Shown piece by piece: positions 1-10,199 of a stretch of DNA of 64,000 nucleotides. The notes beneath the pieces were generated by a model. It did no database searches. It was not told the DNA's origin and saw only the letters and a list, made by a program, of their open reading frames with translations. The position numbers and the translations under genes were made by a program. The DNA is from Octopus bimaculoides (taxonomy: Eukaryota), in the NCBI RefSeq assembly GCF_001194135.2, contig NC_068992.1, positions 66,609,950-66,673,949 of the forward strand, given 5' to 3'. Position 1 is the first letter of the stretch. Each line of letters starts with the position of its first letter.

Positions 1-39
1 GAAATAAATTTAGATTTCTTGATTTTATTAAAATTATTG

Positions 40-930
40 GTGATTTGGTAGCTCAGTAGGTATGGGTGTTGCAAAGTGGTAATATAACAAGTGGAGGTTT
101 CAAATCTCTTCCAGGAATTACAAAGGTTCTTATTAAATAACATTTTTATTTATGCAACCAAATTTCCCCCCCAGCAAAAAGATTGTCTGTGTGAAGAAGG
201 GGCCACAAAGCAGCTTTGACATAGTAACCAAATCTCCTCCAAATCTTTATAGTAAGCCCAATAATTGAAATAAATTTAAATATCTTAATTTTCTTATAAA
301 AATTGTTATTGCTTTGATGGCCCAATAGGTAAGGGTGTCTTATGAATAATAACAAAATACTCTAGCGGAGGTTTCAAGTCTCTGCCAGAAATTACAAGAT
401 GACTTATTAAATATTTTTATCTAAGCAACCAAATTTTCATCAACAAAAAGATTGTGTGTGAAGAAGGGAGTCATAAAACAGACTTGACATAGTAACCAAA
501 TCACATTCAACTCTTTGTAGTAAGCCCAGTAATTAAAATAAACTTAAATATCTTCATTTTCGCAGTAGGATTGTTGTTGCTTTGGTGGCTTAACAGGTCA
601 GGATGTTTAGAAGTGGAGGTTTCAAATCTCTGCTAGAAATTACAAAAGACATTAAATACTTTTATTTAAGCAACCAAATTTCACTCACCAAAAATATTGT
701 GTGTGCAAAGAAGGGGTCACAAGGCAACCATCACCCTCATATTTATACAATATTTGAAGTAAATTTAAGTATCTTAATTTTCTTATAAAAATTGTTGCTG
801 CTTTGGTGGCCCAGTAGGTAAGGGTGTTTAAAAGTAGTAACAAGACACAAGCAGAGGTTTCTAATCTCTGCCAGGAATTACAGGGGGTCTTATTAAACAT
901 TTTCATTTTTTATCTCTAGAGATAAAAAAA
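40..930 (+). repeat. Diverged ~240-275 bp tandem repeat, each unit with a tRNA-like A-box/B-box head
   Basis: G(T/C)GGAGGTTTC(A/T)A.TCTCT.C.AG.AATTACA-like motif at 91, 365, 613, 851 (weaker at ~1213). A-box-like GTAGCTCAGTAGG / TGGCCCA(A/G)TAGG precedes it at 48, 318, 586, 806. Confidence 0.65.
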
Positions 931-969
931 AATGAAAAATTTTAGTAAGACCCCTTAATGCAGGCCCTG

Positions 970-1395
970 GGTTGGATTGAACCCTGCCCAGGATGTTCAA
1001 TGTGACCATCTAATGTCTCTACCCACAAGACACCCAACATTAATGTAGTAAATTAAGAGATATTTAAATCTATCATAACTAAAGATAAAAAAAAAAAACA
1101 TAAAACTATCTCATCACAGCTGTAGCTCAGTAATTAATCTCAAATTGGGGACCTGTTTAGATGCGTTTGTAGGTAAGGACATTGATTAGTAAGTAGGGAT
1201 TTATTGCACTGGGAGAGGGTTTCAATCTGTAACTCTCCCAAGGAATTACAAGAGCAGTGGAGTGCGGGAAATAAATATTTTATTTAAAAAAATTTCAAAT
1301 TTTTATAAACACGAAGGATAGTGCTCCTGGAAGGGATTGAACCTTGCTCAGGATGTGTAATACAGCAGGTGCAATTACCCACATGGCCACAAAGA
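970..1395 (-). repeat. Two inverted tRNA-like heads (~970-1035 and ~1330-1395)
   Basis: Minus strand reads GGTTCAATCC (B-box) downstream of A-box-like GTGTCTTGTGGGTAGAG and GTGGCCATGTGGGTAA. Confidence 0.4.
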
Positions 1396-1670
1396 CAACA
1401 ACACTAAAAGCAGGCAAAAAAGAAGCTATTTAAATTGATTTATATATCATATATGTTTTTCTTTTACTACCACCAAGATCTGCTCCAGTGGTCAGTTTCA
1501 CCCAGGCTTGTGCCCACAGCTTCCTTGGTCACCGTTCTGCCCTCCTACTCAATTGGGCATCAGAAAGATCTCTATATAAATGGGAGTGTATGTTTGTAAA
1601 TTTGTCGCTGAAATGGTATATCCTGAAGAAAAAAGAATTTGATTTTCGAAATCTGTTGCTCAGTGACAAG

Positions 1671-1672
<2 letters not shown>

Positions 1673-1727
<55 letters not shown>

Positions 1728-1728
1728 T
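1673..1728. repeat. (TA)n(CA)n microsatellite
   Basis: Direct reading. Confidence 0.95.
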
Positions 1729-2167
1729 ATAATCTCGATCTCTCTTTTTCTCTCTCCATTCCTTCATCCACATTGGCTCTTTTCTTCAGAAAGCCAACCT
1801 TATCTCCAAAACAAATTGCTGTTTCTGGAACTGTCCAAGAACAAAGCAATATACACAGTGGAGCTCCAAAAGGAAATAAGACAAAATTCTTCCTGTTCTC
1901 TCAACAGTTTGTATCAGTAATATGTTGATTGGTTTCTTACGAAGGGAAATCATGCAAGAACTCCTTATAAGACTGAAACATGCCTTCAGTTATCTCCTGT
2001 TTTGAAATTAATATTAATCATTGAGTTCCACTGAGGTATTATTAATTACATTTTTGTTTTCCTTATGTTAATTAAGAAGGCATTAACTTCTGATTAATTA
2101 CTGGTTTAATTTGTTGGCACAATGCTATGTTCCTATATACATGCACATTTGTATTCATACACGAATG

Positions 2168-2377
2168 CATGAGAGGGTGCTGAGAAGTTCTTGGATTTAG
2201 GAGTATCACGAAAGGCCTGGTCGGAGGCCCAACCTTCTGAGTTGTTTCACAGGGCCTAGAAAAACCGAAGGACCACTGCAATCAGTGTGTGAATCTGAGA
2301 GGGGAATATATTCAATGAATTGATCCTCCTGTATTTTCTTTTACCCAAAGCCAGGAAATTTTCAGCACCCCCTCGTG
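2168..2377. mobile_element. Non-autonomous Tc1/mariner-type MITE (~210 bp)
   Basis: 31-bp terminal inverted repeats match at 25/31: left CATGAGAGGGTGCTGAGAAGTTCTTGGATTT vs reverse complement of right CACGAGGGGGTGCTGAAAATTTCCTGGCTTT. No ORF. Superfamily inferred from the CGAGGG-type terminus. Confidence 0.7.
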
Positions 2378-2589
2378 TGTATGTATCGATCACTCACTCA
2401 CTCAATCAACATGTTTGCATCTAAGTACAAATCTGAATGGATCTGCCATTCTATATTAGTGGATTATATTTTCATTTTTTGCTTTCAGTCACCACTTTGA
2501 AGAATGTCAGCNNNNNNNNNNNNNNNNNNNNNNNNNNNNNNNNNNNNNNNNNNNNNNNNNNNNNNNNNNNNNNNNNNNNNNNNAGTATT

Positions 2590-2838
2590 TTTTCTTTAAG
2601 CCTGGTACCGCTGAACTGCTAACTCATGGGGACATCAACAGACCAACACTGGTAGTGAGAGAGAAATGCAGACGCAAAGAGACCCCCCTCCCTCCACCAC
2701 CACACATCTACGATGGACTTATTTTACTTTGTAGACGAAAGGCTTTGGTCAGCCTGAAGCATTTAGTAGAAGACACTTGCCCAAGGTGCCATGCAATGGG
2801 ATTGACCTGGGAGGCAAACTTCTTGGCACACAGCCAAG
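2590..2838 (-). mobile_element. tRNA-derived SINE family A, degraded
   Basis: Contains AGTAGAAGACACTTGCCCAAGGTGCCA core shared with the 29300 and 57640 copies. Truncated by the gap at left. Confidence 0.75.
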
Positions 2839-2849
2839 CTGTTTGGTTT

Positions 2850-2850
2850 G

Positions 2851-2881
<31 letters not shown>

Positions 2882-2889
2882 AGAGAGAG
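2850..2889. repeat. (GA)n microsatellite
   Basis: Direct reading. Confidence 0.95.
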
Positions 2890-3774
2890 GCTCCAGTTAT
2901 TGGTTGGTTCTTTATTGTTCTGCAACAAAGAGAGAAGGCAAAGTTGATGTACAATTTGGATGCAAAGAGCTAAAACACCTGAAACCAATCTCACCAGAGA
3001 GGTGTTTATCTCTCATTTGTCTGGGTTAATACCAGTTATATACTGAGATGAGTCAGTTATTTCTACTCATTCATTACAAACTTGTGATATGCCAGAGACA
3101 GAAACCATTATTTACATGCCATGTTCTAACATCACCACTACCGCCACAATCAAATATTTAACACTCCCACCCCACTCGAATATTTTACAACAGTTCCATC
3201 TTTAAAGAATGATTTATTTCATGTTTTTTAATTTAATTTAATTTATATAATTATTTATTTTTTACAAAATTTCCAATTTGGAATATTTTTGTTTTGATAT
3301 TTCATAACCAAAGAATTTTCCTGCCCTCATGCTATTTTGGTTTTTGTTTTTTCATTTTAAGTTCCATTAAACATGTCTCAGTAGCAGACATTGATTAAAA
3401 GACTTGCTGCACCAAATAAATATTTGATGTTCTGCAAATTCTTTTCACTCTATTTGCACATCTGATTATTTATTTATTTAATTTTATTGCATGTCTGATC
3501 GTTCGACTGATAGCAATCAACTTTTTACTGCTGTTGGTCGCTCAGTGGTCTTTTTACACTGGCCTTTTGAGGGACAGTTTTATTATCATTGATGTAAACA
3601 TTCCCACCACCACCACCACCAGTCACAACTCTCACACAAACAACAAAAACAAACGATTTTTCTATATTTGTTCCGTTTATATATTATAGTGAGGAGTCCA
3701 TCATATTTGATATTCTAGCTACAGATCGCATGAGATGATAAAAACCCCCTTTTTCCATTAATTTGCTGATTACA

Positions 3775-3930
3775 TTCAACTGATCTGGTAAATATGCTAA
3801 AGTGCTGTGGCATTTAGTGACCTAGCTTCATAACAACAAGGTTCAAATCCTACTGAAGTCTACTCCATCTTCTTTCTCTCCATGGTTCATATTCTTGTAG
3901 GACTACACAACTGGGTACATTTGAGTGATT
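3775..3930 (+). mobile_element. SINE family B, heavily degraded
   Basis: GGTTCAAATCCTACTGAAGTCTACT resembles the family B B-box region GAGTTCAAATTCCGTCGAGG (57127). Confidence 0.35.
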
Positions 3931-4309
3931 CCATTTATCCTTAAATTTGTCGTCTTGTGCTAGAAGCCTAAGAGTTTTCTTTTCAAAATGTCAACTAAAC
4001 AAAGATTGTCACTAACTTTTTTGAAATTGTCCCAGGAGATACCAGCAGCCACTACATAAGCCCCACATTAGAGCAAATTGTCATTAGTCCCTCAGTGTTC
4101 AGAAAGTAACTTTGGATATTCTACAACAGAACATAATGGTAAAGCTGTGCAGGAACTAAATTTCTTTAATTATTCCAACCAAAGATATTCCTGACACCTC
4201 GACAACTTTAATCTCCTTTGTGACACAATCAAAACAAATCATTCGAGTTTTCTTTTGGTAAAAGAATTCTTTCAGAAGTGTTGTAGAAGCTAATCAAATT
4301 TAATTATAA

Positions 4310-4633
4310 TTAACGCATTTTAACAAACTGCCAACATCGCTTTTGTTTTTCTATTTTGGTTGGTTTCAATGTCAGCGTCACATTATTGTGTTTCACATTG
4401 ATCCCTGTTTTCTCATTTCTACACAAGTTCATTTCATTTGCTCCAATACATCCTTCATTCTTATAAACTTGACTTAACAGGGTTTTCTTTCAGCTCTGTC
4501 CTTCATTCTACCATTGTTCTTTCATTTTATTTTCTGACTCATCTCCATTGACTTGGTCTTCAAACTTTATTTCACCGTATTTTACTGTGTTTGGTGAGAG
4601 TTGTATAAAAGTTAATAAGCGTAGCAGCGGCTC
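4310..4633 (-). pseudogene. Possible decayed or terminal exon, product unknown
   Basis: Strong acceptor (CTTCATTTATTTCCTTCATCCGTTAATCGCAG). One frame reads EPLLRLLTFIQLSPNTVKYGEIKFEDQVNGDESENKMKEQW*, then about 65 more codons with one further internal stop. Confidence 0.2.
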
Positions 4634-5099
4634 CTGCGATTAACGGATGAAGGAAATAAATGAAGATTACAACTTGGATGAAGTTTATTTCAAATGATAA
4701 TTCTCAACGCTCCAATAAAGTTGCGAAAATTATGTATTAAAAGTTGGCTTTGCTGGGTGCAAGCGACAAACACTGTTGACCAAATCTTCTCTATTAGGAA
4801 CAAGCAAGAAAATGGAAAAACACGGACCTAATAAGAACATAGAGATACTCTCCAAATTTAAACTATTCTTTTTGTAATAGTTCTGTCTTTCGCAATTGTT
4901 TAATTAGCAAGTTGAGACACAGCGATTTTTTTTGTGCTTTCTTCTCAATTGGAGCACAATAGTCAACAAAGCTGCAAACTGAGATGATTGATGTGAAAAA
5001 CGAGTGAATAAAACGATATCAGTATTATGAATAATCAGTCTCTCATCAATGCTTAATACAAAGTTATTATTTTCATATCTTCTGCACAACAATCGTACT

Positions 5100-5205
5100 G
5101 TTTAAAAATAATGGCTGCGTTTTCGAGTTTGTTAACAGATAACGTACAATGGTGTGAAGAAAACCGAAACGTTTGAACTTGTATTGTTGTAGCAAAGCTA
5201 AACAG
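5100..5205 (+). promoter_or_regulatory. Possible promoter / non-coding first exon
   Basis: YY1-like AAAATAATGGCTGCG followed by the donor-like AACAG|GTATTT at 5205/5206. Confidence 0.2.
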
Positions 5206-5306
5206 GTATTTTAAACCGTTCTGCTTCTTGTCAATTATTTTTGCGAGGAGACTAACAATTTCATTTCCATTTTAAATTAGTGTAGAGAAACTTAGAAATA
5301 TTAATA

Positions 5307-5308
<2 letters not shown>

Positions 5309-5368
<60 letters not shown>
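5309..5368. repeat. (TA)n(CA)n microsatellite
   Basis: Direct reading. Confidence 0.95.
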
Positions 5369-5399
5369 ACTCTGGTTATTTCCAAACCTCTTCTACGTA

Positions 5400-6665
5400 T
5401 GTCCTCGCTTCTCCGCCAGCCCTCTACAACGCAGGGAGCTGAGCAAGGTCACACCGGTGCAACACTGAAGAAGGGAAGAAAGTGCTCTAAGTGTAGCAAT
5501 TTCTTCCACCTCTCTTTGTGTCAATCCCTGCACCGATTCTCTGGGGTTAGCACTATGAGCGGATACAAATGTATGGTATGATGGTCATTTGATCCTGCTT
5601 ACGAACAGGTTAGATTGTAAATGGATCAAGGATGACCCGAGCGAGGCACTCAGCGTCATCCAACTGAGGAGTGGAAGTCAAGGATCGATGTGAGGCTGTT
5701 GGTAACGCTGCCAGAAGCTACATACAGCAAACACCTCCCTCATCACTTTGCATCCTGTTGCAGCTGAATTGAAAAAACGCCTTCCACAGAGCGTGGTCAC
5801 ATCTTGAAGACGCCCTCCCTCCTTACATCCCCTTTCATACTTCTCCTATGGTATACGCAGCTCAATCATGGCTGCTGACAATAGGATCGCTTCTTCCAGA
5901 GGTGTCCAGTAAAGTAACTTTCTTGGTCTGTTCCTTTTTTGTGTTGGCTTCGACGATGTTGTCCGATCTGTCAGCTCACCCTTCAGTATCTGCTGAGTCT
6001 GTTGTTGGGGACCGTCAGTAGATTATTCCATCCCTAAAGCTTCTTGGGCTTGAGATCAACCCGTCCAAATCAGAGGTGATAAACCTGAGCTGTGGTGACG
6101 CTGAATTCCAGGACTTAGTACTCAGCATCTAGTCCATCTTGGCTGGGGCGTGTCTGACACTAAGAGATGCCATCTTCACTCTTGGTTCCACAATCCTCCT
6201 GAAAGTCACAACGGAGTGCCTGAGGACCAAGCTTGCGGCCTTATTCGCGGTGACACCTCACTGAATGACATAATTAGAAGGAGCCTCAACGCGGCAGGGT
6301 TCCCATCTCAGCAGGAGTCAGCAGGTCTCAACCGTGGGGACAGTAAGCGTCACAACAGAATAGTGCTCTTCCCATACGACGAAGGCAGGTCCCTAGTCTA
6401 GGACGCAACGTGCAGCCAAACATTCTCTGGCCCCATAACACAAAGGAGAGAAAAGTATAAAAATACAGGAGCCTGATTGATCATTATCAGTTTGTGCCAG
6501 TCCTCGACTCGAGTTTTCAGGTGTTCTTGTTCACCGCGCAACTGATTCCCTCGCCAAAATCGGGATAACGGCAGCCCGTTTGAGAATCGAGCCCTGCGAA
6601 GTGGAGCGGCTGCGGTAGCGAGTGTCTCTAGCCATTCTCTGAAGTAACACCATCACGGTTTATTA
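5400..6665 (+). mobile_element. CRE-like non-LTR retrotransposon relic (RT + restriction-like endonuclease), internally deleted
   Basis: Ordered motif remnants: QL-GVEVKDRCEAVGNAARSYI (~5661), LN*KNAF (~5764, motif A), SSRGVQ*SNFLGLFLF (~5892, QQGDPLG motif), GLEINPSKSEVI (6046), LNDIIRRSLNAAGFPSQQESAGLNRGDSKRH (6261), V*DATC (~6396), YQFVPV, RVSLAIL*SN (6619; QRLSxAIQRGN-type). Confidence 0.85.
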
Positions 6666-7371
6666 CTGCGGAGTGTGAGTGAACACACTTTGTTCTAGAG
6701 TGTGCGGCCCCATTGCCCCTCCTCTTCTGCTGCTTAACCCCCTCCATCCCCTACTTTTGTCTTTTTCTATTTCTTTGTACTTTATTGTTACTAATAAAAT
6801 GAACTTGTTTCCGTAAAAAAAACTGGCCAAAAATCTATTTAAAAAGATTCTCACCACACACACAGGTATTCTGTTAGTTTCAATCAATTTGATAATTGCC
6901 TCGAAATCGTTTTGTAAGTTTCAACTTTTTTAAAAACTACACAAATATCTGTATTAAAAATTGTTCTATGTTGGCGTTGGATGCATTTTAGTTTTCCCGA
7001 AGCGAAATACACTTGAACCAAATTCTCTAAGCATACCTGTACAAATTCACGTCACACTCGTGAAACATATATAATACACATATGTACTGCGGCACACGAG
7101 TTAAAAACAGGCTGAGGCACATGATCCTCTATGTTCTCCAAAATCAAAACCGAATGTGTGCAATTCTACCAAAAACTTAATGTCTTCTTAAATCTTATGC
7201 CGAGAGGAGATAAAGTGGGAAGAAGTGAATGGAAGTTGCAACATTAGTGCATTTCTGTCTCCTTGATTCGTGAAAAACCAGGGAAAATGAAACGACTGAT
7301 GTAAGGGAGATAACCATGGTTTTCTTGGCCATTTCGTTCATCTGACCCGTCAGTCTCTTTCAAGTTACACG

Positions 7372-7470
7372 AACTGCTAGAAATAGTAACTAAATTTCCT
7401 GCAATATGCACCTCCATCTTCACAAAAGGGCGGTGTAGTCATGATTGGAACGCTTTTTGATAATATTTAA
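7372..7470 (-). repeat. Dispersed repeat family D fragment
   Basis: CTGCTAGAAATAGTAACTAAAT...GTCATGATTGGAACGCTTTTTGAT is the reverse complement of family D blocks. Confidence 0.4.
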
Positions 7471-7737
7471 GACAATCAGTACAAGAAATTTTAGAAATAA
7501 AGCCGTTTTTGAATGTGTCGATGTATGTATATTTGCGTGTGTACGTGTTTGTATGTATATGTAGATCTGTATGCATGTGTTGATGTGTGTGTGTATATGT
7601 GTGCGTGTGTATGTATGCTTGTATGTGTTTGTTCGTGTGGATATGGGTGTGCGTATGTCTCTACATGTGTGTGAGAGTGTGGATGTAAGTGTGCGTGTGT
7701 ATGTATGTGGGCGCTAGTGTGCATGCGCGTCACTCAG

Positions 7738-8070
7738 CGACGGTTGTGTGGAAAGATGTTTCCAACCACATGGTTCTGGGTTCAGTCCCACTACGTGGAA
7801 CCTTGGGCAAGTGTATTCTATTACAGCCCCTGGCTGATCAAAGAAGCCTGTCGTGTACATACACGTTCATGTCAGTGGTTGTCCCCCCTCATCGCTTGAC
7901 AACCGGTGTTGGTGTGTTACGTCCTCGTAACTTAGAGGCTCAGCAAACAAGACCGCTGGAATAAGTAGAAGCCTTAAGGGTCACTTCATTCGACTAATAA
8001 TTCTCGGAGGCACTGCTCCAGCATGGCCGCAGTCTCCTAATGACTGAAGCAAGTGAATGATAAAAGAGAG
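7738..8070 (+). mobile_element. tRNA-derived SINE family A, near full length
   Basis: Head GGTTCTGGGTTCAGTCCCACT (B-box), core ACCTTGGGCAAGTG, tail GCTCCAGCATGGCCGCAGTC..TGACTGAA. Confidence 0.9.
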
Positions 8071-8579
8071 AAGATATTTCAAAAAAATGCACATGGACAT
8101 ACACACACTTGATGCAAGAAGTTATGAAAATTTAATTAATGACGTTCTTACTGGTCACTAATTAGCTCAATTATTATTGATAAAGACAGGAGAAGACAAC
8201 TCTTACATTTAATTAATTAAAATTTATTGAATGTAGATTATATTAGTGTGTGTGTGTTTAGCCTGTGTTTAGTAAAGGGCAACAACATTGAACATGTTTG
8301 TGGCTTATTATGCCTCCTTAGCGAAACTACGATGAGAAAGAGAAGACAGAGAGAAAGGAGAGAGATAAAGAAGAGAGGATTGAGAAAGGGAAAAAGAGAG
8401 TGGGAGAAAGAGAGAAAGTAAGAGAGGAGGACTGAGGATAGGGGGAGGGAGGGAGAGAGAGTTTTGTTGAGAAGGCCTGGCGAAAAGTTGCCTTGGGACG
8501 CCTGCTGTATAAAAATGTAATAGTAAAGTGTGATTATTTTAGACTGATTTAAAATCAATATAAACTATATTTATTCTTT

Positions 8580-8775
8580 TAACCCTTGGTCACTCAGAAG
8601 ACCTATGATAAAAAAACCCCAGAAGACCTATGATCAAAGGCGCTCTAGCTATGACCATCCCGCCCATTTTTCAACCAGACAACCTAATCTCATGTATTCT
8701 TTGTGTTCGAGGTCACTTGTGATTTGAGGGAGATCTGGCTGCTATTTTTAACATGTCTAAAGAACATATAAAAGT
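8580..8775 (+). repeat. Dispersed repeat family D
   Basis: ACCTATGATCAAAGGCGCTCTAGCTATGACCATCCCG ... GATTTGAGGGAGATCTGGCTGCTATTT, shared with the 13078 and 49990 copies. Confidence 0.65.
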
Positions 8776-9004
8776 TGCGTTGTTGAAAGATAAGGAGTCG
8801 AACTGAATGGAGACATCAACTGATGAATATCAATAAATCTGGTCTTTTTTTCCTCTCCAATCTTTTGTCAGAGTTTCTATTTTCTATTAAATAATCTCAG
8901 GTTTATGTATTTAGACTCCATCAAATAAAGAAACATTGACTCGGTTATATTGCACCGTATATTATATTACATAACATCATATGAACTGTATATCACATTA
9001 CGCT

Positions 9005-9027
9005 GATTCATATACATACATACATAT

Positions 9028-9102
<75 letters not shown>

Positions 9103-9210
9103 TCGACAGATACGATGTGTGTGTGTGTGTGTGTGTACATACATGTATATGTGTGTATATATACACATATATCGACAGATACGATGTGTGTGTGTGTGTA
9201 CATACATGTA

Positions 9211-9248
<38 letters not shown>

Positions 9249-9535
9249 AATAACTATATATGTGTGTTTGTATGCACACACATATACATATATGCATATT
9301 ACATATATATATATATATATATGCACAGAGTATATGTAGGTATACATATATGTATGTACATTTTTTTGCAAAGACCCTCACACATATATGCATATTCATA
9401 TATATATATGTGTGTATATATACATATACGCATACATACATATATATATATATATACATACACACACATACATGTATTCTTTTATACACACACACATACA
9501 TGTATACTTATTTGCAAGCATGTACACACACACAT
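9005..9535. repeat. Compound (TA)/(CA)/(TG) microsatellite with a ~66-bp internal duplication
   Basis: ATATCGACAGATACGATGTGTG occurs twice (~9100 and ~9168). Confidence 0.9.
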
Positions 9536-9732
9536 CCAAATAATTGAATTAGGCAGCTGTTTAGCAAAGTATCACCAAAAAGGATAACTACAATTCTCAT
9601 CAAACACGACGGAGGGTGTTGGAACACCTGCAATGCTAGAAATAACAGCTAAAGCGCTGTGATGCTGCATTCACTTATTTGTATATGCATTAGCGATTCT
9701 CTAAAACATCCATAGATTTCTATGGTGTAGAC

Positions 9733-9810
9733 CAGTGCTTTTCAACCTGGGCTCTAGGACTCCTGGTGCCCACAAAGGTGTTACTGGGGGCCCATGAACT
9801 AAATTAAAAA
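9733..9810. mobile_element. One end of a hAT/Charlie-like MITE
   Basis: CAGTGCTTTTCAACCTGGG terminus preceded by GTGTAGAC, a Charlie-type 8-bp target. The other end is not seen; a (TA)n run follows. Confidence 0.55.
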
Positions 9811-9815
9811 TTTCA

Positions 9816-9876
<61 letters not shown>

Positions 9877-9905
9877 TACATAAGGAAAAGCATATCAAAA
9901 CGGGT

Positions 9906-9950
9906 CCCTACAGACTAGTTTCGAGGTGTTTGCCCCTTATCAATGTAGAG
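9906..9950 (-). ncRNA. Minimal type I hammerhead ribozyme motif (Penelope-associated type) with U3-A8 core variant
   Basis: Minus strand: CTCTACA-TTGATAA-GGGG(CAAACA)CCTC-GAAA-CTAG-TC-TGTAGGG. Helix I 7 bp (1 GU), helix II 4 bp (1 GU), palindromic ACTAGT helix III, GUC cleavage triplet. Confidence 0.75.
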
Positions 9951-10031
9951 CAGCCGAAGGAATATAATTAATTCTGGAGTGTTACAATTGATAGAAATGG
10001 AAAGGAAGCTTTGAGACCTGATCGGTTCTCA

Positions 10032-10199
10032 GTCCATACCGGCCTATGACTGTCCGTCTATATCGGCCTATGACTGTCCGTCCATACCGGCCTATGACTG
10101 TCCGTCCATACCGGCCTATGACTCTCTGTTCATACCGGCCTATGACTCTCTGTTCATACAGGCCTTTGACTGCCCATCCATATCGACGTACCACTGTTC
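10032..10199. repeat. 24-bp minisatellite, 6 copies plus 1 degenerate
   Basis: Unit GTCCATACCGGCCTATGACTGTCC, head-to-tail, no spacers. Confidence 0.95.

Noticed and set aside
5145-5185. Hammerhead-like TGAAGA...CGAAACGTT
   Set aside because: No helix II and no adjacent helix I pairing.
10032-10199. CRISPR-like appearance of the 24-bp array (also the 15-, 20- and 32-bp arrays)
   Set aside because: Head-to-tail repeats without unique spacers, no cas genes, eukaryotic context.
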